A stretch of 63,168 nt of DNA, counting the filler, from Chiloscyllium plagiosum (Eukaryota), in NCBI RefSeq assembly GCF_004010195.1. It is 5 parts of one record of this genome, joined end to end, with 100 filler letters (N's around TTAATTAATTAA, not from the genome) between each part and the next. Parts side by side here need not be neighbours in the genome. Positions count along the whole stretch, not along the records: positions 34,920 to 53,542 come from NC_057712.1; positions 53,643 to 60,035 come from NC_057712.1; 3 more parts are not named here. One strand, written 5' to 3'. This document shows, piece by piece, positions 49,551 through 60,135 of the stretch (position 1 is the stretch's first letter; the number at the start of each line of letters is the position of its first letter). The notes below the pieces were generated by a model. It made no database searches. It was given only the letters and a program-made list of their open reading frames with translations, and was not told the DNA's origin. The translations under genes and the position numbers were made by a program.

Positions 49551-51039
49551 ATTAATAAGCAATTTTCTCTTGCACTGAGAGAAGAGGAGGGATTGGTGGA
49601 AAGTTGAAAGTAAGCGACACAACTGTTGGTGAGATGACGCGATTGAACGAGTAAGATGTACAGAGACCAGCAGGGTTAGTAGTGTGGAGGGAGAGAACAG
49701 GAAATATTCCATTCCCCGTGATGGGAGATGTGCTCAATAGTCGGGATAGAATCAGTCCTGGCAGAATGGAGGAAGTCACTGAACTACTTCTTTCAGTGCT
49801 GGGCTTTCCACTTGATGGCTGAGGTAACCTCAGACCAAATCACAGCCTGATGTTGTTACCTCTACTACTGATCATTGGAACTCTGTCTCCACATTACCCC
49901 ATCCACCTGGATCACCATGTGCCTGTCTGCATATACGGGCACTCATTTCCCCTTTCCTAGCAAGTCTAGGTAAACCACAGGATGGCTCCACGCTAATAGT
50001 GCTTGTCTGGGTGCACAGCAGCCTTTTAAAAGATTGAACTAACACCAGAAATGATAATTTATCCTGGGATATCCTCCAGTGTGGAGCTTTTCTGGCAATC
50101 GTGAGTAGTAATATCAAGCTGGCATCAGGTGAGAGGGTGCATAGTGAGGAAGTTTGGGATAAGAAAGCTCATTAGCCCCCGCCGAAAGAAAACCCTCCAT
50201 GAAACTCGGTGAAAATTACACTTAGCCAAAAGTATTGAACGATTCAGACTTCAAATTCTAAAATGGCCGGAACCATATATATCTTTAACAGTTTAACAGT
50301 TTCTTTTACAAAGAAGCATGTCAATCAGCGATGGAAGGCGTGTGACATCCGCAGTATAGTTTAGCAGACTCAAAAACAGTCAGAGCATAAGGAAAAAAGT
50401 CCTGAATGGCATGGAACTAATAAGAGAAAAATTCCAGCAACAGAAGGTTTTAAGTTGTCAGCAAGGAAGACAGCCTACAAGACTGCTGAAGGTATGAGTT
50501 TAAGGAACATATGTTAAGGAATAAATGAACTGTGTCAACAATGTATTTGACGGTCTTATGAGAGCAACATTGATTAAAAGGAGACAGCATCAAATGAATG
50601 CAGAAGTTTTCTGGAAAGAAGCCAAGCACAGCAAGACTCACTGAATAAGGTACTCGAAAATGGACCTTTCACTGAAGTTTGAGCATCTGTAAAGTTGTAG
50701 TTAAGGTAAAAGGGTTGAATATCCGTATCTGATATTTTTAACAAGATCATTTCGAATAGTCCCAACATAAATCAAAATAATTTGTGTCTTTTTCCCTTTT
50801 GGGGTAATAAACATTGATATTCTTTTGTTACAAGTACCATTAGAAACCTCTTGTGAATGCGTTCATGACTGACCACCCTGGTAAGTAAACAGCAAAAAGG
50901 AAATCATCCTGGAATCTGACTTGTCCAATATTACTATCATCTGGGACTATAACAGCTACATTTTTCCCTGTGTTACAACACACAGGCCAATTATATCTCA
51001 ATAAAAGCAGGGAGCTTTGCAAACATGTCTGACTGCCTA

Positions 51040-53170
51040 CCATCCTCCAGTACGGGAAAAAAAATCAAAACTAATTGAAGCTGAAGGTGTCCAAGTGGGG
51101 AAGCTCCCGAAATAACTACTCTGGTTAGAAATCCCTGATGTGGAAAATATCCATTCCATTGCTATGGATATGCTGTCGACCACCAAGTTAGTACAAGGAC
51201 AGTTAGTACTACAAAAGTTAAGAAGAACATCTGAGAATAGGAATGTTATATTAATGAGAAATGTCCATCAACTCAATGTAAATTGGGAAAATCCAAGTAT
51301 TTAGAGACAACGTTGGTGGTGAATGTGACGCATGATTATTTCAGGACTTAAACATGGAATAGAATCTACAAGAAGTAATACTCACCTTGACTTGGGAATT
51401 CATAAGTGACCCAGACATTGTATTGAAGGTACACAATGTCATAAATCATGGTTCCCCTGGGGGTCAGGAACCACAGAATGTTTGTCATGAAATAGGTTCA
51501 AATTCAACCTAGGAGCAAGTTTTTTTAAAGAGTCATAGAGATATACAGTACAGAAAAGGATCCTCCAGTCCAATTAGTCCATGCTGACCAGATTAGAAAT
51601 GGAAAATGGCAATATTCAAAGCAAGCTTTAAAAAATAAGATCAGCAGCTCTAACATCAAGCCTGACAATAAATGGGTTAATAAAAACATGCAGGAAGAGC
51701 AAAACATTATCTCAACAATCTCATCAGGAGAAAAGAGGAGTTCACTGGATCAAATACAAGATCACATAAAGTAAGTTATAAAAGGTTATCAAAGGACAAA
51801 GAAGACCGAGAAAACGAAGCAAAGTGTGACAACGGCAGCAATTTGTATTTATAAAGTGCCATTAGCATTTTGTTTTAAGGAGCTTCTCACAAGTGTTACT
51901 GGGCAATCATTTTGACACTCAGTCACAAAAAAAGATATGATAGATGACCAAAGTTTAGACAAAATAGGTAGGTTTTAGGCACAGCAAACAATTATTAAAT
52001 ATATTTATTATGTCAATGTGAAGAGAATTATCAGGGAAAAATGAGAACATTCAAAATTTAAAAATGGACTTGAAAATCAAGATGGGGAAGATAATAAAAA
52101 ATCTGATTGATTTCTTCCTTCAAGCATTCACAAAAGAAAACATAACAATACACTCTCTTCAAAGATAAAGTACTGAGGTAATATTCAGGACAAATAAGAT
52201 GGAAGTCTCAGACAACCAAATATTGGCTTAAAGCAACTAAAAGCAGATGGTATTTATCCCAGAGATTCATGAGGCACTGACAGCAATTAAACACAGGAAA
52301 CAACAACCCAAATTGCCTTCAAATCTATGTAAAATAATGGAGTTTATTAAGAGTGAATGTGCTGTTTATCCATAGCCACCTAGTACACAGCACACACCAT
52401 AGTTTCACATAGGGAAGATCCCAGCCAGCAAAGTTACTTGATTTCTTCCACAAAATAACAATTCAAACTTCTGTGGAAAGTCCAACCACATTGCAATTTC
52501 AGATTTTAAAAATGAACCTGACAAGTTTCCTTGAAAAGATGAAAAATTAGAAACTTGGGTATGGATAAGAAATGGCTGACGGATCAAAAAAGGTACACTT
52601 TGTTGGAAGGGCATTGGAGTAGAAGAAAATTTGAGTGGAGCACTCCAGAGACTGCTGGTTCTGATTGACATCAACATGTTCACAATTCGTACAAGTTGAT
52701 GAATTTGAAATGTTTACTTCGCCAGAGGAATAAAAGGAGGCAGGCCAAAGAATTACACAGCCAGCTGAATGTAAGGACAAATGTAAATTGAATGCAGACA
52801 AAAATAAAGACAACATTGCAAATAAGGGAAAAACATTGTGGATGCACATGCTTCAAGAATAATGTCAAAATTCCTAGCAATGATACTGAAAGAGACTTTG
52901 GAATCTTAAAACATGTTCAACAAATTCAGCATGTTAAACTAACTAGCTCAAACTGTAGTGTGCAAATCAGAGAAAGCCAGGACAATACTGCACAGAACTC
53001 TGATTTCACCGCACCTCGAGTACTGTGCTCATCTCTCGTTACAGCAAAACCAAGAGACTTTGGAACACTGAGGCAATGGATTTTAGTATCAGATGTGTGA
53101 ATTATGAAGAAAGATTGGCAACAGAAAGGCTTTTCATTTTGCAAACAGAGCAAGGGCTGATCGCAGAATT
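51040..53170 (+). mobile_element. Ancient, heavily decayed CR1-group ORF2, with an L2-like 3' end at about 51830-51980 and a CR1 tip at about 51527-51595
   Basis: Ordered decayed motifs: gcagatggtatttatcccaga (PGPDGI-P), tggataagaaatggctgacgg (WI.NWL), gaaagagactttgga (ERDLG), cacctcgagtactgtg (PHLEYC). Confidence 0.6.
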
Positions 53171-53204
53171 TGTTTCCTCTTTTTGAGTTCTCCACGCAAA
53201 AGCT

Positions 53205-53542
53205 TGTTCATAGATTCTGGATTAGTGGTGCTGAAAGAGCACAGCAGTTCAGGCAGCGAAGTCGACGTTTCGGGCAAAAGCCCTTCATCAGGAATAAAGA
53301 CAGTGAGCCTGAAGCGTGGAGAGATAAGCTAGAGGAGGGTAGGGATGGGGAGAAAGTAGCATAGAGTATAATGGGTGAGTGGGGGAGGTGATAGGTCGGG
53401 GAGCAGAGGGTGGAGTGGATAGGTGGAAAAGGAGATAGGCAGGTAGGACAAGTCCGGACAAGTCATGGGGACAGTGCTGAGCTGGAAGTTTGGAACTAGG
53501 GTGAGGTGGGGGAAGGGGAAATGAGGAAACTGTTGAAGTCCA
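53205..53542 (-). mobile_element. PLE 3' end/pLTR
   Basis: Reverse pLTR of the same family as the 17323 mini-element (ttctggattagtggtgctg). Confidence 0.85.
53264..53291 (-). ncRNA. Minimal type I hammerhead ribozyme motif with CUGAUGA core
   Basis: Reverse complement CTGATGA-A-GGGC-TTTT-GCCC-GAAAC-GTC. Confidence 0.75.
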
Positions 53543-53642
53543 NNNNNNNNNNNNNNNNNNNNNNNNNNNNNNNNNNNNNNNNNNNNTTAATTAATTAANN
53601 NNNNNNNNNNNNNNNNNNNNNNNNNNNNNNNNNNNNNNNNNN
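53543..53642. other. Synthetic assembly linker N44-TTAATTAATTAA-N44
   Basis: Same 100-bp structure. Confidence 0.95.
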
Positions 53643-53825
53643 GGCCAATTCACCTGACCTGCACATCTTTGGACTGTGGGAGGAAACTGGAGCACCCAGA
53701 GGAAACCCACGCAGACACGGGGAGGATGCAAACTCCACACAGACAGTCGCCTAAGGCTGGAATCAAACTTGGGTCCCTGGCACTGTGAGGCAGCAGTGCT
53801 AACCACTGAGCTACCACGCCACCCC
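53643..53825 (-). mobile_element. HE1-type SINE (5' half)
   Basis: Head and body. Tail is lost in the linker. Confidence 0.9.
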
Positions 53826-54004
53826 ATATAAATTGGATGGGCCAAATGACATCTTTCTACATGTAACAAATCTCTGATTCTGGAAGCAAAGTGAAACACC
53901 ATTACTGGTGGTATGTCGATAAAATGTGGAGCTGGAAAAACACAGCAGGCCAGACAGTATAAGAGGAGCAGGAAAGTCTACAATGTGTTACAGATCAGCC
54001 ATGG

Positions 54005-55755
54005 TGAATTGAATTGAATTGAATTGAGTTTATTGTCATGTATACCAAGGCACAGTGAAAAGCTTTGTCTTGCGAGCAATACAAGCAGATCACAGAGTTA
54101 AGTAGCATAAATAGTAAATAATAGATATAAACAACAGCAAAAACAAAAACATAGGTACAGGCAAATGTTAAGAGTTTGTAAGTCCATTCAGTATTCGAAC
54201 AACAGTTGGGTAGAAACTGTTACAGAAACCGGCTGGTGCGTGTGTTCAGGCTTCTGTACCTTCTCCCCGATGGTAGAGGTTGTAGAAAAACATTGCCAGG
54301 GTGGGACGGATCTTTAAGAATGCTAGTGGCCTTTCCTTGACAGCGGGCCTGGTAGGTGGATGTTGTAGCTGGGAGGTTGGCCTTTGTGATTGTCCGGGCA
54401 GAGTTCACCACTCTCTATAACCATCTCCGTTCTTGAATGATCCAGTTGCCATACCAGGTAGTGATACATCCAGACAGAATACTCTCGATGGCACACCTAT
54501 AAAGGTTGGCAAGGGTATTCGGTGTCATACCAAATTTTCTCAGCTGCCTGAGGAAGAAGAGACGTTGTTGGGTCTTTGTAACCAGTGCGTCCACATGAAG
54601 AGTCCAAGACAGCTTGTTGTTGATGACTATTCCCAGGAGCTTGACAATCTCCACTCGTTCCACCTCTGTGCTGTTAATGTTTAGGGGGGCATGAATAACA
54701 TCCTGCCGAAAGTCAATAATGAGTTCCTTGGTTTTGCTGGCATTGAGAGGTTGTTCTCAGTGCAACATTTTTCCAGATCTTCCACCTCTCGTAGTCTATA
54801 GTCTGTTTCGTCGTCATCTGAGATTCGACTGACCATGGTGGTGTCATCAGCAAACTGGTATTTAGCGACGCAGTCATGGGTATACAGTGAATACAGTACG
54901 AGGCTGAGTACACACCCCTGGGGGGCTCCAGTGTTGAGTGTTAGTGAGGATGAATTATTGTCCCCAATCTTCTGGAAACTGAGGATCCAGTTGCAGAGAG
55001 TGGGGCTTAGTCTGAGATCACTAAGTTTAATAATCAGTCTCAAGGGATAATCGTGTTGAAGGCTGAACTGTAGCTGTTCTTAGTGTCAAGATGTTCTAGG
55101 GAGGAGTGAAGGGCAAGTGATATGGCATCTGACGTGGATCAGTTGGTCCGATAGACAAATTGGAGTAGGTCAAGAGGAGTGGGGAGGCTGGAGTTGATTA
55201 ATGCCATGACCAGCCTTTCAAAGCACTTTATGACCACCGAAGTTAGGGCCACTGGGCAGTAGTTATTGAAGCATGCTACATGAGCCCTCTTAGGCACAGG
55301 GATGATGTTGGCCGTCTTGAAACAGACAGGGACCTGCTGCAGGGAGAGGTTGAAGATGTCCGAAAAGATCTCTGTCAGTTGATCTGCGCATGCTCTGAGT
55401 GGTCCCATCGCTTCCCTTGGATTCACACAAAGGAAAACTGATCTGACCTCTGATGCAGTGACTGTTGGGATAAGATCATCAGGACTTGTCGGAATAGGTG
55501 TTATCTCTCTGCTCAAAGCGAGCATAGAAGGCGTTGAGACGATCTGGGAGGGATCTGTCATCGTCTGCTATCTTGCACTGTCTCTTTTTAGAACCTGTGA
55601 TGTTATTCAGTCCTTGCCATAGGCATCGGGTGTCAGTCTGGGTCTCTAGTTGGATCGGTATTGGTCCTTGGCTGTCTTAATGGCTCTGCAAAGGTCATGC
55701 TTGGATTCCTTATATGTGATGGGTCTCCTGATCTGAAGGCCTCACGCCTGGTTTT
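54005..55755 (-). mobile_element. Rex1/Babar-clade LINE, 5'-truncated, with (TTCAA)n tail
   Basis: [23 protein letters not shown]...FADDTT; CFNNYCPVALTSVVIKCFERLV; QQRLFFLRQLRKFG...IESILSGCITTWYG; FLQPLPSGRRYRSL. Confidence 0.88.
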
Positions 55756-57027
55756 TTATCAGGTTCTGTATGTCCTGATTCATCCAGGGTTTCCTCGGTA
55801 TGCAGTCCTCCACATTGGTATGGTACATCACAAGGAGCTGAATCTACTTCTGTTTCCATACTGTTTGCTGTGGCAGTTGTGCATGATAAATGAGAAGCAG
55901 CAGAAAATATCTCTGGGATTGAATGTAAAGAAAAATAATGGAAATTTAAATATGCAGCAGGGTTGAGTATATTTAAAGGCAGAAACAACAGCCAAATAGA
56001 GTCATAGAGATGTACAGCACAGAAACAGACCCTTCGGTCCAACTCATCCATGCCTACCAGATATCCTGACCTAACCTAGTCCCATTTGCCAGGACTTGTC
56101 CCATATCCCTCCAAACCCTTCCTATTCATCTAGATGCCTTTTAAATGTTGCAATTATACCAGCCTCCACCACTTCCTCTGGCAGCTCATTCAATACCTAT
56201 TGTGTGAAAAAGTTGTCCCTTATGTCCCTTTTAAATCTTTACCTTCTTACCCTAAACCTGTGCCCTCTTGTTCTGGACTCCCCCACCCCAGAGAAAAGAC
56301 CTTGTCTATTTATCCTATCCATGCCCCTCATGATTTTGTAAACCTCTATAAGGTCACCTCTCAGCCTCCAACGCTCCGCAGAAAACAGCCCCAGCCTATT
56401 CAGCCTCTCCCTCTAGCTCAAAATCCTCTAACCCCGACAACATCCTTGTAAATCTTTTCTGAATCCTTTCAGGTTTCACAACATCTTTCCAATAAGTTTC
56501 ACGATATCCTTCCGATTAAGAGGAGACCAGATTTGCACGTAATATTCCAAAACTAACCAATGTCTTGTACAGCAGCAACATGACCTCCTAACTCCTGTAC
56601 TCAATACTCTGACCAATAAAGGAAAGCATATCAAACACCTTATTCACTGTCCTAACTACCTGCGACCCCACTTTCAAGGAGCTATGAACCTGCACTCCAA
56701 GATCTCTTTGTTCAGCAACACTCCCTTGGACCTTCCCATTAAGTGTATAAGTCCTGCTAAGAATTGCTTTTCCAAAATGCAGCGCCTCACATTTATTTAA
56801 ATTAAACTCCATCTGCTACTTCTCAGCCCATTGGCCCATCTGATCAAGATCCTGTTGTAATCTGAGGTAACCTTCTTCGCTGTCCACTACACCTCCAATG
56901 GTCTGTTTCCATGCTACGTGTCTCTATTACTCTAAGTAGGAGATCAGAATTGCATGCAATATTCTAAAAGTGGGTGAGCCAATGTCCCGTACATCCGCAA
57001 CATGGCCTCCCAACTCCTGTACTCAAT

Positions 57028-57363
57028 TAGATTACTTACATTTAGATTAGATTAGATTAGATTACTTACAGTGTGGAAACAGGCCCTTCGGCCCAACAAG
57101 TCACACCGACCCGCCGAAGCGTAACCCACCCATACCCCTACATTTACCCCTTTACCTAACACTACGGGCAATTTAGCATGGCCAATTCACCTGACTTGCA
57201 CATCTTTGGAGTGTGGGAGGAAACCGGAGCACCCGGAGGAAACCCACGCAGACACGGGGAGAATGTGCAAACTCCACACAGTCAGTCGCCTGAGGCGGGA
57301 ATTGAACCCGGGTCTCTGGCGCTGCGAGGCAGCAGTGCTAACCACTGTGCCACCGTGCCACCC
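57028..57363 (-). mobile_element. Young full-length HE1-type SINE with (TAATC)n tail, inside CR1
   Basis: CpG-rich, near-consensus copy. The CR1 sequence actcaat|actctgacc is split around it. Confidence 0.95.
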
Positions 57364-58397
57364 ACAAATACTCTGACCAAATAAGGAAAGCATACCAATT
57401 GCCTTCTTCACTATCCTATCTACCTGCGACTCCACTTTCAAGGAATTATGAACCTGGACTCCAAGGTCTCTTTGTTCAACAACACTCCCTAGGACCTTAC
57501 CATTAAGTGTATAAGTTTTGCAACATTTGCTTATTTGCTAAGATTTGCTTTCCTAAAATGCAGCACCTCGCATTTATCTAAATTAAACTCCATCTGCCAC
57601 TCCTCAGACCATTGACCCATCTGATCAAGATTCTGTTGTAATCTGAGGTAACCTTATTTGCTGTCCACTGCACTCCAATTTTGGTGTCATCTGCAAACTT
57701 ACTAACTATACCTCTTATCCTCACATCCAAATCATTTATATAAATGATGAAAAGTAGTGGACCCAGCACCAATCCTTGTGGCACTCCAGTGGTCACAGGC
57801 CTCCAATCTGAAAAGCAATCCTCTGTCTTCTACCTTGGAGCCAGTTCTGTATCCAAATGGCTAGTTCTCCTTGTATTCCATGAGATCTAACCTTGCTCAC
57901 CAGTGTCCCATGGGGAACCTTGTTGAATGCCTTACTGAAGTCAATATAGATCATGTCCACTGCTCTGCCCTCATCAACCCTCTTTGTTACTTCTTCAAAA
58001 AACTCAATAAAGTTCATGAGACATGATTTCCCACGCACAAAGCCATGTTGACTATCCCTAATCAGTTCTTACCTTTCCAAATATGTGTAAATCCTGTCTC
58101 TCTGGATTCCGTCCAACAACTTGCCCACCACCGATGTCAGGCTCATCGGTCTATAGGTCCCTGGCTTGTCCTTACCACCTTTCTTAAATAGTGGTTCCAC
58201 GTTTGCCAACCTCCAATCTTCCAGCATCTCTCCTCTGACTATCGATGATACAAATATCTCAGCAAAAGGCCCAGCAATCACTTCTCGAGCTTCCCGCAGA
58301 GTTATAGCATCAGGTCCTGCCGATTTATCCACCTTTATGCATTTCAAGACACCCTGCAGGTCCTCCTCTGTACTATGGACATTTTTTCAAGATGTCA

Positions 58398-58543
58398 GAT
58401 GAAAGTAGATACTGCAGATGCTGGAGATTGAGTCAAGATTAGAGTCACTCCTGATGAAGGGCTTTTGCCTGAAATGTCAATTTTACTGCTCCTCGGATGC
58501 TGCCTGACCTGCTGTGCTTTTCCAGCACTACACTAATCTTGAC
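58398..58543 (+). mobile_element. Miniature PLE with hammerhead motif
   Basis: Inverted tail actgcagatgctggaga, short inverted arm (gtcaagattag / ctaatcttgac), motif CTGATGAAGGGCTTTTGCCTGAAATGTC at 58451-58478. Imperfect 19-20 bp TSD at 58378-58397 and 58541-58559. Confidence 0.85.
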
Positions 58544-59177
58544 ATTTCTCAAGATGTCACCATCTATATCCCTACATTCTATATCTTCCATGTCCTCCTC
58601 CAGAGTAAACACTGATACAAATTACTTGTTTAGTATCTCCCCCATCTCTTGCGGCCATACAAAGGCTGTTTTGCTGAACTTTGAGGTGCCCTATTCTCTC
58701 CCTGGTTACCCTTAATGTATTTGTAAAAACCCTATGGATTTTCCTTAATCATATTTGCCAAAGCTATCTCAAATCCCCTTTTTGTCCTCCATTCAAGGCT
58801 GAGATATAAATTTTTAATCACTCAGGAAATCAAGGATTTTGAAGGCAGGAAAGTGGAATGAGATCAACATGACCTCACCAAATGGAGGAGCAGATTCGGT
58901 GGGTCGACTGCCCTACATCTTTTCCTGTGTCTTATGGGGCATGGAATACGTCTGTACAACAATATTTTGGAATGTATTAACAAGATTGGATGAAGTTAAC
59001 ACAGGTTTATGAAGGCAAATCATGCTTAACAAAATCTACTGGAGTTTTGTTTTGAGGATGTAACTGGTTGAATAGATAAGAACCGGGACTGTGGTGTACT
59101 TGGATTTTGCAAAACTTTGGAAGGTGCCATGGAAGAGATTATTGAGCAATGTTAGTGCATGAGATAAGGCAAACAAA

Positions 59178-59349
59178 GGGCGGCACGGTGGCTCAGTGGT
59201 TCATAGCACTAAGGACCTGGGTTCGATTCCACCCCCTAGGGCAACCCACTGTGTGGAGTAGGCACATGATCCCCGTGTCTGCATGGGTTTCCTCCAGTTT
59301 CCTCCCACAGCCCAAAGATGTGCACATTAAGTGGACTTGCTATGCTAAA
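59178..59349 (+). mobile_element. HE1-type SINE 5' half, truncated by a PLE
   Basis: gggcggcacggtggctcagtggtt...gggttcgattcc. Confidence 0.85.
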
Positions 59350-59350
59350 C

Positions 59351-59843
59351 CTCCCACTCACTGAGGATGAACGATCAGTCCTCAGCAAAGGACTCACCTT
59401 CATCCCCCTCCGTCCAAGCATCAATGAATTTAATATACGCCGTGACATCAAACAATTCTTCCGTCGCCTCCGCCTCCGAGCTTACTTTCACAATCAGGAT
59501 TCCCGCCCACCTTCCGAGGACCCCTTCGCCCACCTCCAACACACTGCATCCACCTGGACACCCCGCGCTGGCCTATTACCTGCCCTCGACCTCTTCATTT
59601 CCAACTGCTGCCGGGACATTAACCGCCTCAACCTGTCGACCCCCCTCCCCCACTCCAATCTCTCACCCTCACAAAGCGCAGCCCTCGAATCCCTCTGCTC
59701 TAATCCCAACCTCACCATTAAGCCAGCAGATAAAGGGGGCGCAGTGGTAGTCTGGCGCACTGACCTCTACACCGCTGAAGCCAAACGCCAACTCGAGGAC
59801 ACCTCTTCCTACTGCCCTCTCAACCATGACCCCACCCCCCATC
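59351..59843 (+). mobile_element. PLE ORF N-terminal region
   Basis: LTEDERSVLSKGLTFIP...FFRRLRLRAYF...NLTIKPADKGGAVVVW (PLE DKG motif). Confidence 0.9.
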
Positions 59844-60035
59844 AGTTGAAACTTTATTGCTGGAACAGCACAGCAGGTCAGGCAGCATCCAGGGAACAGG
59901 AGATTCGACGTTTCGGGCACAGGCCCTTCTTCAGGAATGAGCAGAGAGTGTTCAGCAGGAGAAGATAAAAGGTAGGGAGGAGGGACATGGAGGAGGGGCG
60001 TTGGAAATGTGATAGATGGAAAGAGGTCAAGGTGA
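59844..60035 (-). mobile_element. PLE pLTR, inverted relative to the adjacent ORF, with hammerhead at 59907-59934
   Basis: Reverse complement ATTC-CTGAAGA-A-GGGC-CTGT-GCCC-GAAAC-GTC-GAAT, with a full 4-bp stem I. Confidence 0.87.
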
Positions 60036-60135
60036 NNNNNNNNNNNNNNNNNNNNNNNNNNNNNNNNNNNNNNNNNNNNTTAATTAATTAANNNNNNNNN
60101 NNNNNNNNNNNNNNNNNNNNNNNNNNNNNNNNNNN
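60036..60135. other. Synthetic assembly linker N44-TTAATTAATTAA-N44
   Basis: Same 100-bp structure. Confidence 0.95.

Larger units (their letters stand above)
55997..58790 (-). mobile_element. CR1/HER1 ORF2 RT region with internal duplication and nested HE1 and mini-PLE
   Basis: [21 protein letters not shown]...[33 protein letters not shown]. Confidence 0.92.
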
